This document shows, one piece after another, positions 13,880 through 25,612 of a DNA stretch of 64,000 nt (within the stretch, counting starts at the first letter, position 1; each line of letters opens with the position of its first letter). The notes under the pieces are model-generated. The model was not told where the DNA came from, did no database searches, and worked only from the letters and a program-made list of their open reading frames with translations. This DNA comes from Lingula anatina (taxonomy: Eukaryota > Animalia > Brachiopoda): contig CM120649.1 of the NCBI GenBank assembly GCA_051362555.1, positions 18,924,567 to 18,988,566 of the forward strand, given 5' to 3'. Position numbers and translations under genes: made by a program.

Positions 13880-15045
13880 ATATATTTGAAAGAAAGACGA
13901 GTTCCAAATCCTCCTAACGAACAGATTCAGTGCACTAGAGCTAGAAGGTGAAGATGGAGTAGATGAAATGAACGATAGAATAACGACCACCATCCTAGAA
14001 TGTGCATCAGAAGTCGCACCGGCCAGTAAAATGAAGGACTCAAAGCTCTCAACAGAAACGAGGATTCTCATGAAGAAAAGACGGACGATGAAGAAAACGG
14101 AGGTAAACAACAACAGGGACATCAGAAACAACATCGAATATGCAGAACTGGATAAGACCATCAAGAAGGAGGAAAGGGAAGACATCAGGAAGCAGAACAT
14201 GAAGAAGATAGCAGAGACCATCGAAAATGGAAAGAGCATGAAAAGAGCAAAGAGATCCTTTCAACTAGGGCAGGATAGAATGCTGACTCTTCTAGACAAA
14301 GATGAAAATGAGCTCACCACACAAGACCAGATATTAGAACGAGTAGAAGAATTCTATGGAGAGTTGTATAACAGCAACAAGGCAGTAGAAATCTCAACAA
14401 AGGCATGCGATCTACCAGACATAACAGATTGGGAAGTAGAGTCAGCAGTCCAGAAAATGAAGAACGGAAAGGCAGCAGGAAATGACAACATCAAAGCAGA
14501 AATGGTAAAAGCAGGAGGAGATATCCTATCTCAGGAATTAGCCAGGCTCTTCACAAAGTGCTTACGTCTGAAGGAAATCCCTGTAGCATGGAAAAACGCC
14601 AATATGATCATAATGTTCAAAAAGGGCAATAGGAAAGACATCAAGAATTACAGACCCATCTGCCTATTTTCTAATTTGTACAAAATATTGACCGAAAGGC
14701 TAACAAGACAACTAAATGAAGTGCAGCCAAAGGAACAAGCAGGTTTCAGAGGACAGTACACCACCACTGATCATATGCACACTGTCAACCAGCTCAAAGA
14801 GAAATGTCTCGAGTATAACATTCCACTATGTGTAGCATTCGTTGATTATGAAAAAGCCTTCGACTCAGTAGAAACCCAGTATATACTGGCATCCCTGCAA
14901 GAACTAGGGATCGAAGATGGATACATAGACGTCCTCAGAGACATATACACCGATAGCTCTGTAACGGTCAAACTACACAAGACCACCAATAAGATCAGGA
15001 TCAAGAAAGGTGTACGCCAAGGAGATAAAATCTCTCCTAAACTGT
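13880..15045 (+). mobile_element. RTE-clade LINE fragment (linker plus N-terminal half of RT), truncated at both ends
   Basis: ORF 13968-15077 has MKNGKAAG, NYRPICL, EQAGFR, FVDYEKAFDSVE and KKGVRQGD.ISPKL. Similarity stops abruptly before YADD. Confidence 0.9.
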
Positions 15046-16081
15046 CTCACTTCACGGTACTTCTAATATACAGGTAAAATAGCAGTTGCTATGAACAAAA
15101 TGCAGAGGATGGACCAGAAGCACTGCTTCAGGATGATGTGGTTGGGTAGCAATGGATCCACATGCGCACAGGAAAAGGGAGCTTACAAGGGGAGGGCCTA
15201 AGTACATGTAATACACCCGTTCAAATCAGTATAATTGTTAAGAAATAAGTTATATGAAAAGTAAAACATTATATACGCTTTACATGTACACCTCGTGACT
15301 ACATGTACGATTAAAGTGAGTCTGTCACAAGTTCCCTTCCCCATCACATTAAACACTTGCCCACGATAGAGCTGACGATGATATTGTCTCTCAGTTGTAA
15401 ACATTTGGATAGGTAATTATTTATCTTTTTAATATTTTCAGATTTTGCAAAAGTGGAACAAAATTAGTGGAACAAAATAACGAGTGGTTGGAGATATATA
15501 AAAAAAAACCTCCGCCTAGAAGAACCAACTTCCTACTTGGAAGACTACCATTAAGTGGCAAACCATTTTCACCTTAAATGAAATTGTTTTCATGTGAAAT
15601 GCACAAAAGTTTTGTAACTGTAATTAAACAATAATTTATGCCTTAAATTACTATGATAAAGCGATAACAGTGAAAGCTAGCACACAAATGCACTACTCTT
15701 GCATTTTGTAATTCAGCATGTTTGTCACAGTTAATCAAAGCTTATTTCTTTATTCAGGTTGCTTTTAGTAGCACTGCATTATGATGAAAATGGACACAGA
15801 GAATCATGCTTTACCAAGGTTGGAGACAGAAACCGTGTTTTCGACATGTGGTAGTTTAAAGAGCACTCTTTTTTTAATAGAAAAATATATAAGCAAGTCA
15901 TTTGTCCTTACTCTTTAAAGGGTTAATAACTGTTCTTGAGATATCCATATTTCAAAATTGATACATTGTAAACAACTCATAGATATATAATACGTTCTAT
16001 TTTACCACCAAAAAAGCAGTAAATACAATTATTTTGGAATTTGTCACTAGTGGCAGAGAAACTAACGTTGTTACACTGTAC

Positions 16082-16237
16082 CTTGTCCTGGACATTGATA
16101 TTGCATTTCCCGGCAGTCATCAATTTCTTTAAGCTCCCTATATCTCCTATCTGTGTAGCCTTGAGAAGTCTTTTGTCAGCCATACTAGCTATTTGCTGTG
16201 TCGTGAATATACCAACTATCAGCTATGAACGGCATCT
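16082..16237 (-). pseudogene. Orphan paralogue of the first ankyrin exon of the ANK-TIR gene (ATG at 16183)
   Basis: ttcag|AGATGCCGTTC..ATG ADKRLLKATQIGDIGSLKKLMTAGKCNINVQDK|gtacag matches exon 24387-24604 (ttcag|AGATACCGTTC..LADEGLLEAAWDGDIEGLQELLTAGECDINFMDE|gtacca). No further ankyrin exons were seen downstream in the window, so it could instead belong to a gene with a long TE-filled intron. Confidence 0.65.
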
Positions 16238-16634
16238 CTGAAATAAAAACGCAGTAATCATTGAAAAATAAAGATAAAATATCTGATTAAGCTTATCAAC
16301 TGACCCACGGCTTACATGTACGTGTATCAAAAACGAGGACAGAGTCGTGTTCAACTAACACAATCATGCATTTGACGGACGTTTATTGTCCAGTGGATCA
16401 TGGGGCCATTCACAATTAATTTTGTCGACATAGTAAATGCCCACAAACCCCATGGTTACTCTGGCTAAATGCAATCAGATATCGGGTCTCCTCTTGTTTC
16501 CAATATATTTGTATTAATCACTAGATTATCTGATTTTTACTCAACATAAACATGTGCGGGGACGAGCCAGACATTTCAGCTGATAATATTGACTGCGGCA
16601 TAGCGAGAAGCACCGTTGATATCGACAGATCCAG

Positions 16635-16924
16635 CTACCCGCACAAAAACGAAGTAGATACTCCAGCGCAGTAGACTACTGCATTCATACTGCAAACATG
16701 CTTCAAATCTGCTTCGATGTGGGAGCTAATTAGCATATTTGAAACATGCTTCTATCATGCTGCTAATCTACTGCATTTATGCTCCTCCTCTGTACAAACC
16801 TATGCAATTTTTGAAGTAGAATTGCAGTAGGCTATACTGCATTTCTACTGCAAATATGCTCCACACCTCTACTGCGTTAATGCTTCTTTGCTACTTCGAT
16901 ACTACTGCATTTTCGTGCGGGTAG
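16635..16924. mobile_element. ~290-bp MITE
   Basis: Terminal inverted repeat CTACCCGCAC(A/G)AAAA..AGTAG, with internal CTACTGC/GCAGTAG repeats. Confidence 0.65.
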
Positions 16925-17310
16925 TACGATAGCTTTTATTGGGAACACGGCCTAAGCTACAGATGGTGGTTTCTTTAAATTTAGTGACGACGACGAATTT
17001 GGAGCTTTCAAACGTTTACTAACCGTCTTACTTTTCATACAAATTCACACATATTTATACTCTGTTTCTCCGTACTAGTCACGCATTGATTGCTTGCTTT
17101 CGTTCTATTGTATTTTGCCTGATAACCAAAATTTTTCCATTATCATATTGCATTCTTCCATTCGATCCCTATTTTAATATTTCCCTATTTTTTTTACAGC
17201 TTTGTTTTTTAATTATGAAAACTTAACTAGAATTTGAATTACTTATATTTATATCATATCTAAAACTGATTAAGCATGTGTCATGAACGTGGTAGAAACT
17301 TCCAGATATA

Positions 17311-18699
17311 CACACACTGGACAAAAGAAGTGTCACCCCTACTGAGCCAATACTATGGGGGAGATAAATGACTGTGGAATGATATGCTCCTGGTATCATT
17401 TTATTACCATCAAATTTCACAAAAAAATCACAAAATGAGAACAAAATATACATTCTACCAAAATATGCAGTTTCAAGTCCAAAATTAGTACTTAGTGGCA
17501 TAGCCACGTGACCTAATAATAGGTGCCAGTCTACGAAGCAAGGTTTCATATAATTGTCTGATGCGTTCAGGGTTTATGCTGGCACAAGCATGAAACACTG
17601 AATATAACAGAGTTTCTCTGCTGGTTAGACGGGCATTTGTAAAAAGTTTTGACATATCATTCCACACATTTTCTATTATGTTTGCATCCGGACTCTGGGC
17701 AGGCCACATCACCCTGCGAATGTCCTGTTGGTCAAACCAATCATCAACTGCTCTGGGCCTGTGACAAGGAGCATTGTCATCCTGGTGAACAAATGGATAA
17801 TTCCTGTCACCAAACATGTTAGTAATAGATGGTAGCAAGCCTGACTCCAAAACATCGATATATTTCTAGTGATTCATGTTTCCATTAACCACTATCAATT
17901 CGCCCAAGCCATGGATGCTGATGCAGCACCACACCATGATGAATATGCTGCTCCGGGTTCGAAAATTCAGTGCATGCGGTTCAAATGCTTTAGCAGCAGT
18001 TTGCCAGCATAGTACCCGTCTGTCATCAGAGGTCAGACCAAGGCGACACTCATCAGAAAAAAAAGATATAGGACCAATTGTCATGAACTGTCCAGTTCCA
18101 GATCCTGTTGACCCTAGTTTACTCTACGTTGCCTGTTTTGTAACGATATAAGAGGTTTCAGTATTGCTACCCTGCTGTACACTCTCTGAGCATGTAACCG
18201 ACGCCTATCAATTTTCACAGACACATTCTTATGTGTGAAATTGTTCCACTGTGTTGTCAACTGACGAGCAGTGTCGAATTTTGACAACCTGGACATAAAA
18301 ATCAGTCGTCGGTCTTCACGGCCAGTATTTTTTCTTGGGCGACCCATCAGAGGCAATTTGTCTCTTGATCCAGTGTTTCTATACCGATACCAGACCCTCT
18401 GCACGGTTCTGACTGAACAATTCAATTGTATCGATATTCTGACATTGCTTATATTCCACCTCTTCAGGTTAATAACTTGCACCTATAACCGTTAGATAAT
18501 TACCTGTATCTTGCCATACTGGAGGAAGACAGGAATAACATTTGCTGTACATGTACAAGACCAACAATAAAATTCCATGGTATAGCGGTTTTATACTCAT
18601 TAGTCACATTATAAGTAGACCAGGCATTATAAGTACCCAAGATCTGCCTACTTTCATTACTCTGAGTTAGGGGGTGACACTTCTTTTGTCCAGTGTGTG
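17311..18699 (-). mobile_element. Full-length, decayed Tc1-family DNA transposon (DD34E)
   Basis: TIR CACACACTGGACAAAAGAAGTGTCACCCC at both ends, with TA TSDs at 17309-17310 and 18700-18701. The transposase is broken into 18114-18482 (HTH, GRPRK), 17866-18084 (FSDE) and 17485-17850 (QDDNAPCH..WPAQSPDANIIE; 34 residues between D and E). Confidence 0.95.
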
Positions 18700-20444
18700 T
18701 ATGTATACTAAAAATCAAAACAAATCAAACATCATAACTTTGGCATATTCCGTCTTTTCTTCTGCTATCTCTAAAGCAGATTTTACATGGGTTGACTCCT
18801 TATTAAATTAAGGTTGCACTCAATAACTACCTATTCTTTTACTAACCCTAATTATCATTTGCAATTAGCACAAGTGCTAACCTAACAACATACACCCTTT
18901 CTTCAAACAATTTGTTCTCAAAATTCTAAAACTGAACAACATAGGCTACACTCCTTTTTTTTCCATTTTTTAAGGAATGCTAATACCAAATTACATAAAA
19001 TTCGTAAAATGCTAAAACTGCATTTGTTATTTCAACGTCTTAAGAGTTACATGTACCTTATATATATCTATGTTTCATGCCTAAGTTCTCAATGTATTTA
19101 CACCAGAGCATTGTGCCATTATACCTATTGTAAGATCATTACTAATTCCATTTCTGATTATTATATAATAAGTCTAGATTATTTCAGCTCATTCTAATTC
19201 TAACAACAACAACATTTAAACATATATTACAATAATAAGACAGATACAACAAGTTGCTCAATGCATAATTCACAGCTACTGTAATACATTCACCAATACT
19301 TATTGGTATTTGATGCAACATATACAGTATATATGTACCATACAGGGGTATAATATTTTGATAACATCAGGTGATGAGCAGATCAACTTCATGAAGTCCA
19401 GCACCTCGTCTAGAATATCAGACCTTCCAAAAATATCACAATATTATATTGATCCATTTATCAAATCAGACGTAAACTTAACCTGAAAACTCGGTTCTCT
19501 CTGTTGTTTATGTACAATTCATTCATATAAACAGAATATTTACATAAATTCTCAAAAAGTTAAATGACAAGGTTACATCTCTCTCATCAATGTGAATGCC
19601 ATGCACAAGTTCGCAAAAAGGTAAATATTTATTAAATCATAGTTGCAGAGAAAATGCCAAAAAACACTCATTATTCATAACATTAAATAAAACACACCAT
19701 GCTCATAATAATGACCACGGTACGTCAACACAATATATAATGGATATGTATCTATGTGTCGTACATAGTAGATAATATTGAAGCGGATATCATGTTGCAT
19801 AGTTGTCAAAATAGTGCATAGTGATTAATAAAGATTTGCCAGGACTAAGAATAGTACTCATTATTGTAAATTCTTGATTCTCGTGATAACCATGATAATG
19901 TATAGATCAATTTCTGAAGTCATTAAAGTAACATTAAAGAAAACCTAATCATATAGTCATGAATATGAAATATCTGATATCAAAATTTAATCGATAGTAA
20001 TAGACATAGTACTATGGTGCGAGACACATGTAGCAAATCAAATCAACTTCAAATTGAATTGAAATTAATCTGCATTGCGTTCATATGGTTCAAATTGAAT
20101 GTAGAAGAGTGCATAAGTATGTGTAATGCACAAAAATACATAATATGTGTTTTTGAGTAATTTACTGAGTTTATAAAAGCTATAAACATTAACAATGACA
20201 TTACGTTTGGTGTTACTAAACCAAATTTACGACCCTAGCTTACTTTCTGAACACAGGGTAATTCTTAAGCTCAAACAAATCATTATTTAATATCTAACCT
20301 TAGCTTGAAGTTATGTCACATCATGTGTTCATTAATTGATGTTTCGGAATTCATCAAAGCAACGCTCAAAATCAGATAAAATGTGTAACCTTTAAGCGCC
20401 TGTACCGATTAATATGATGGAAAAGCAACACAGTACACCTGTTA

Positions 20445-23400
20445 TTAAAACTGTTGGCAGAGTTTGGCCGTCAGCTCTCTGATTTGGTTTCGTAGAGACG
20501 CGTTTTCTTTACGTTCATCCTGAAGTGCATTCCGAAGTTCTCCGTAAGTTGGAAAGTCTGTTGGACCTGAAGTAAAAGGAGGAATAGTCGAAAATAAGCC
20601 TTTTTCTCAATGAAAATCAAATGACATAGACCCAGAATCCCCCAAATAACAAAATCAGACTTACAAAAAAAAAAAAGAAAAACTTTTAATGAAGGTTTGT
20701 TTACCGAACGTTGGGAACGACTGGGGAAATATGGAATATTATTGTACATTATCGTTACTATTAAGCTTTGAAGATAGCTTTTCGTCCGCTATACAAATTA
20801 TACACCAGACTACTTACAAATCGAATTATATATACCTTTAATGATTTGAACCAACTTTGGAATCAACTCTTCGTCATCGAATGATATGTATTTCAGGGGT
20901 TTGAGCTCGTCAGGAATTTGCTGTGGGGTGATATTCATTAAGAGCGGGATAACAACATTTTCTTTTGATTCCAGTGCTTTATGCACGGCAAGCTCTGTTT
21001 CCTTAGCACACCACCGGCTCTCCTCAAAGCTCTTGGACAGGAACACAAAGGTGCGCTTTGATTTATTAACCGCTTCTCCCATAGAGGTTACGACAGGCTT
21101 CCCTGGGAGGAAGTCACGTCTACCATAGCAGCACCGGACTCCTCGTTCTTCTAGTTGCTGCATGACTGGTTCTACGACATCCTTGTCTTTACCACTGTGG
21201 GCAATGAATGCGTCGTAGCGAAAGTGCTCATTTGAAGAACTGGGGAAGGAGTTAAACATTTGTTTCAATTGGATTAGTTTAGCAAGTGTTCTAGGGCTGT
21301 AACTTTAAAACTTCAGACAGTATAAAAATATAGCAACATTGTCAAGTGAATAGTTATATACACATAAATATCAATTAATAATATGCTACGTGTCCAGACA
21401 CGCTGCATCAAACCTAAAAGTAGAAATTTTACACCTATAACCGAGTCTATGATATACTGTCTGTGATAGACACGATACGAGTCGCCGAGCTGTACGTGAA
21501 ATATTACAATACACTCGTGATATTTCATGTACACCTCAGCGACGAGTGTTGTACCGTACTTGGATTAAGAATGTGTACATTTACCCCGTGGACCATTTGA
21601 AGATTACACTGCGATTAATGCGGTGGAAAATACAATAGAGAGAGTGTATAATGATAGGGTCGCTAAACGATTGTTGACGGCATATAGTAACTAGCCTAAT
21701 CCCCTGGTGGCCTGGGTATCCACGCCCCCTTAGAGTACTTATGTAAATAAACGGTCTCCCGTAGCGAACTATCCTTTTGTTCAACAGCTTCGCGCGTGCA
21801 GCTGATTATGTATGTAGTGACACTATAGCTACCTGTACCTCTCCTCTAAGGATATGTACAAACAATGTAATTAAATTGAGATAATTCACGACGATGTTAT
21901 GAGCATCAATTTGCTTCTAACAAATTGTGGTAAAAGAGGGCCGTTCTAAGTGTACATATAGCCATAATGATGTATTCAGACTATTCTGCGCTCACCTTAT
22001 CCTGTATACTGGTATCCGCCCCGTGTTTGAGGAGAAACTGGACACTTTGTGCGTTGCCGTTCTGGGCAGCGCAGTGAAGCGGTGTCCATTCATCCTGTGG
22101 ATATGTACAAACAATGTGATTACACAGAGATAATTCATGTTATTAGCATTATTAATTTTCTAACAAATAGGGTCGTGAGTGCCAGTAATTGCTCGGCAGT
22201 AAATGTAAATCCCCCTCAATTTCTTCCTCTAAATTGCGGAATGTATGTAGCCGTACGTACATGTGAAAGGAGACATATGGCACCGTGTTAAGACTTTGCT
22301 TTACTCACCTTATTCTGTATATTGGTATCCGCCCCGTATTGGATGAGAAGCTGGACACATTGTGTGTGACCTTTAAAGGCAGCCAAGTGAAGTGCTGTAC
22401 TTCCATGCTGTGGATATATGTACAAAAATGAGTTTAAACAAAAAAAAAAAGATTTATGCCGAAGAACCAACTTTAATTTTCTTTTAACATGGATTAAAAT
22501 GGAGCCGTGCCTAAATGTACATTTAGCCATACTGACGTACTACTCTACACTCACCTCATCCTGCAAACTGGCATCTGCCCCGTGTTGGAGGAAGAGCTGG
22601 ACACATTCCGTGTGGCCGTTACAGGCAGCCAAGAGTATTGGTGTAATTCCTTCCTGTGGATATGTACAAACAACGTGATAATACAGAGACAATTCAAGCA
22701 GATGTTATTAGCATAAGTATTTTTCCATTAACAAATTTTGGTAAAAGAGGGCCGTTCTAAGTGTACATATAGCCATACTGACGTATTCAGACTATTATAC
22801 ACTCACCGTATCCAGCTGTATATTGATATCCGCCCCGTGTTGGAGGAGAAGCCGGACACTTTGTGTATCGCCGTACTGGGCAGCCAAGTGAAGTGGTGTC
22901 CATCCATACTGTGGATATGTATAAACAATGTGATAACACTGAGATAATCCATGCCTTTGTCATTAGGATACTTCATTTTCTTCTAATAAACTGTGGTAAA
23001 ATAGGGACGTTCCAAGTGCATATATAGCCATACTGCCGTATTCAGACTATTCTACACTCACCTTATTCTCTATACTGATATCCGCCCCGTGTTGGAGGAG
23101 AAGCTCGACACATTCTGTGTGGCCGTTACAGGCAGCCAGGAAAAGTGGTGTACTCCCGTGCTGTGGATATATAGATATATAGTGATTAAGCAGAGATAAT
23201 TATGACGATGTTCGTGGCATAACTGATTTTCCTGTAACAATTTGTGGTGAAATTGTGGTGTAGTTTTAAGAGCACATATAACCAAACTGACGAACTCAGA
23301 CTATTCTACACTCACTATATCTTGTTTACTGGTATCCGCCCTGTGTTGAAGGAGAAGCTGAACACATTCCGTATGGCCGTAACAGGCAGCAAAGTGAAGT

Positions 23401-24604
23401 GGTGTACTCCCGGACTGTGGACGCATGGTACTTCTTAGGGTGTCGGACCACAGGATGTAACCAGAGAAGAATCCACCGAGTTTAGGCTATGGGTTTGTAA
23501 AATCAATTTGATTAAACATAATAATTAAAATGGCAAAATTTATTAATCCCATACTTGCTTTCAAATAGCCTTAATCGGTTATAAACTAAAACATATAAAT
23601 ACTCAGCAGTAAATGTAAATCTCGTACAATCTTTACCTAAATTGCGGAATGCTGTAGTTGTACGTAGCTGCGCAAGGAGACATACAGGTATGTCGTTGCG
23701 TTCAGACAATTCTACACTAACCTTACACTGTATATTGGTATCTGCTCCGTGTTGGAGGAGAAGCTGGACACATTGAGTGTGACCTTTAAAGGCAGCCAAG
23801 TGAAGTGGTGCTCTCCCCTCCTGTGGATATATGTACTAATAATGTGACTTACATTTAATATTAAAAATGCATGTTGAAGTTTTGTGCATGGTTTAAACTT
23901 AATAGTTTCAAATCAAAAAGATCATTCAGCATCAAATGTTAACCTCTCACGTTTTTTCCTAGTAATTCGTGGTAAGCATACCGACATGTTGTCGCTGTCA
24001 AGTTTTGCCACATTTTTTGTTCAGGATGGGGTGAAAATATCTATAGTTCATTAAAATGCTTTACGATAAAGCTAGTTACAGAATTCGCATCAGATCTTTG
24101 TAGATATGTACTGAGGTAATATTGAGTAATTAGTGCTACCAAGCACATTATCTTGTACCCGGTACCATTATCTATGTGTGCATTTTGTTTAGAGTAACTA
24201 GTATCATAAAATCCCGTGGACCAGTAATTAATGGAAGGGGGTAGAAAGGAGTGAGACAGTCACTTATTTTAAGACCCGAAACTTGAGATGAGTCGTTTGC
24301 AAAAATTACATAAAGATTTGCCGTAACTGTAATACTAAATAATTGGAAAACGATGTGACTAGTAGCAGAATAATTGACGTTGGTACCTCGTCCATGAAAT
24401 TGATGTCGCACTCCCCGGCAGTCAGCAGTTCCTGTAAACCCTCTATATCTCCGTCCCATGCAGCCTCGAGAAGCCCTTCGTCAGCCAAACTGGCTGGTAT
24501 TCTACCGTGGTATGCCAATGGAGAGCAGCATCGGTAAACCTGTCCTTCATATTGGTTGACTTCTATACCGTAGATACTCTTACCAATTGTAACGAACGGT
24601 ATCT
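20445..24604 (-). CDS. Ankyrin-repeat / TIR / coiled-coil protein (multi-exon)
   Basis: GT-AG exons: 24387-24604 (first ANK); seven phase-0 ANK exons at 23722-23820, 23316-23414, 23062-23160, 22807-22908, 22555-22653, 22309-22407 and 21996-22094 (GxTPLHxAA..GH..CVQLLLQHGAD); TIR exon 20836-21296 (YDAFIAHS..RDFLPG..SRWCAKE..VIP); last exon 20445-20566 (GPTDFPTYGELRNALQDERKENASLRNQIRELTAKLCQQF*). The ANK-to-TIR junction phase and the start codon are unresolved. Confidence 0.85.
20836..21296 (-). CDS. TIR domain exon of the ANK-TIR gene
   Basis: Box1 YDAFIAHS, BB-loop RDFLPG and WCxxE motif. Acceptor ttacag, donor gtatat. Confidence 0.92.
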
Positions 24605-25497
24605 CTGAAAGGAGACCCAGTGATCAAGATCAAGATATTGATATTGGTATTATATACCACAGGGACACAATGGGCTCTACGGTGGTATTACCTCGATCAT
24701 TTAATGTTTTCTCATTTATGTTGTTACTTGAGTTTTAAACCTGGGTTCTTTCACATATAAACATATACATGTACTTGTGCAAACAGAAAGTAAACATCAA
24801 ATTTCTCAGTTTTATCAACACATGCAAATTCTTTCCATCTTTTTGTTGTCGTGCGACGGATATGTACCCAAATGTTTACAACACAGTGATACCCCAAGTA
24901 TAGCTAGCTGTATGTCTCTTGTTCACATTGATGTGGCTGACATATATATCCTCGGAATTTCGTAAAATATCATTCACCCACCTGTTCCAGAAACCGCGTA
25001 AAATGGCGACGCTTTATATTTAGAAATTTCGAGGGGAGTTCCCCTTTATTATGGTGGATGTTACTGTCTCAGCAATCACAATATTAGTTGAGAGACGTTT
25101 ATTGGCCGATGGAATTATGGTATTAATTTTATTTATGATATTAATAAGATTGACTTCCTTTTACGCAATTCACAATGCGCATTTCAAGAAAAAATGCGTA
25201 TAACAAATGTTTCAAATAGCGACGCTTTTTATTTAGAAATTGCGGGGGGAATTTTTTTGGAATTCCCTTTTTTCAGTCCGTAGTTGTTGACGTCACTGTC
25301 ACAGCAAACAAACGTTTGCTTAAAACACATTTATTGGCCAAATGAATACTGATATATGTGAATTATAATTATGATATTAATACTGTTGGTTTGCTTTTGT
25401 GCAATTTGCTATACACAGGACAAAATAAAGGAGTATAACGAGGCGTGACACGATACTGTGGCAGATCTTTGAGGTCACAGTGGGTGTGGGACTCACC

Positions 25498-25612
25498 TAG
25501 CTTGCGAACTACGTATACCCCGTTCTACATTGGTCCCTCCTCCCAAAGATTGTACACCGAGCGACACAAGACAAAACGAGAGATTTTCCCATCTTAGTTG
25601 CCTTTATATGTG
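25498..25612 (-). promoter_or_regulatory. Candidate TATA promoter and non-coding first exon of the ANK-TIR gene
   Basis: Minus-strand CATATAAAGG at about 25601-25610, and a strong donor CTAG|GTGAGT at about 25498. Confidence 0.4.
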
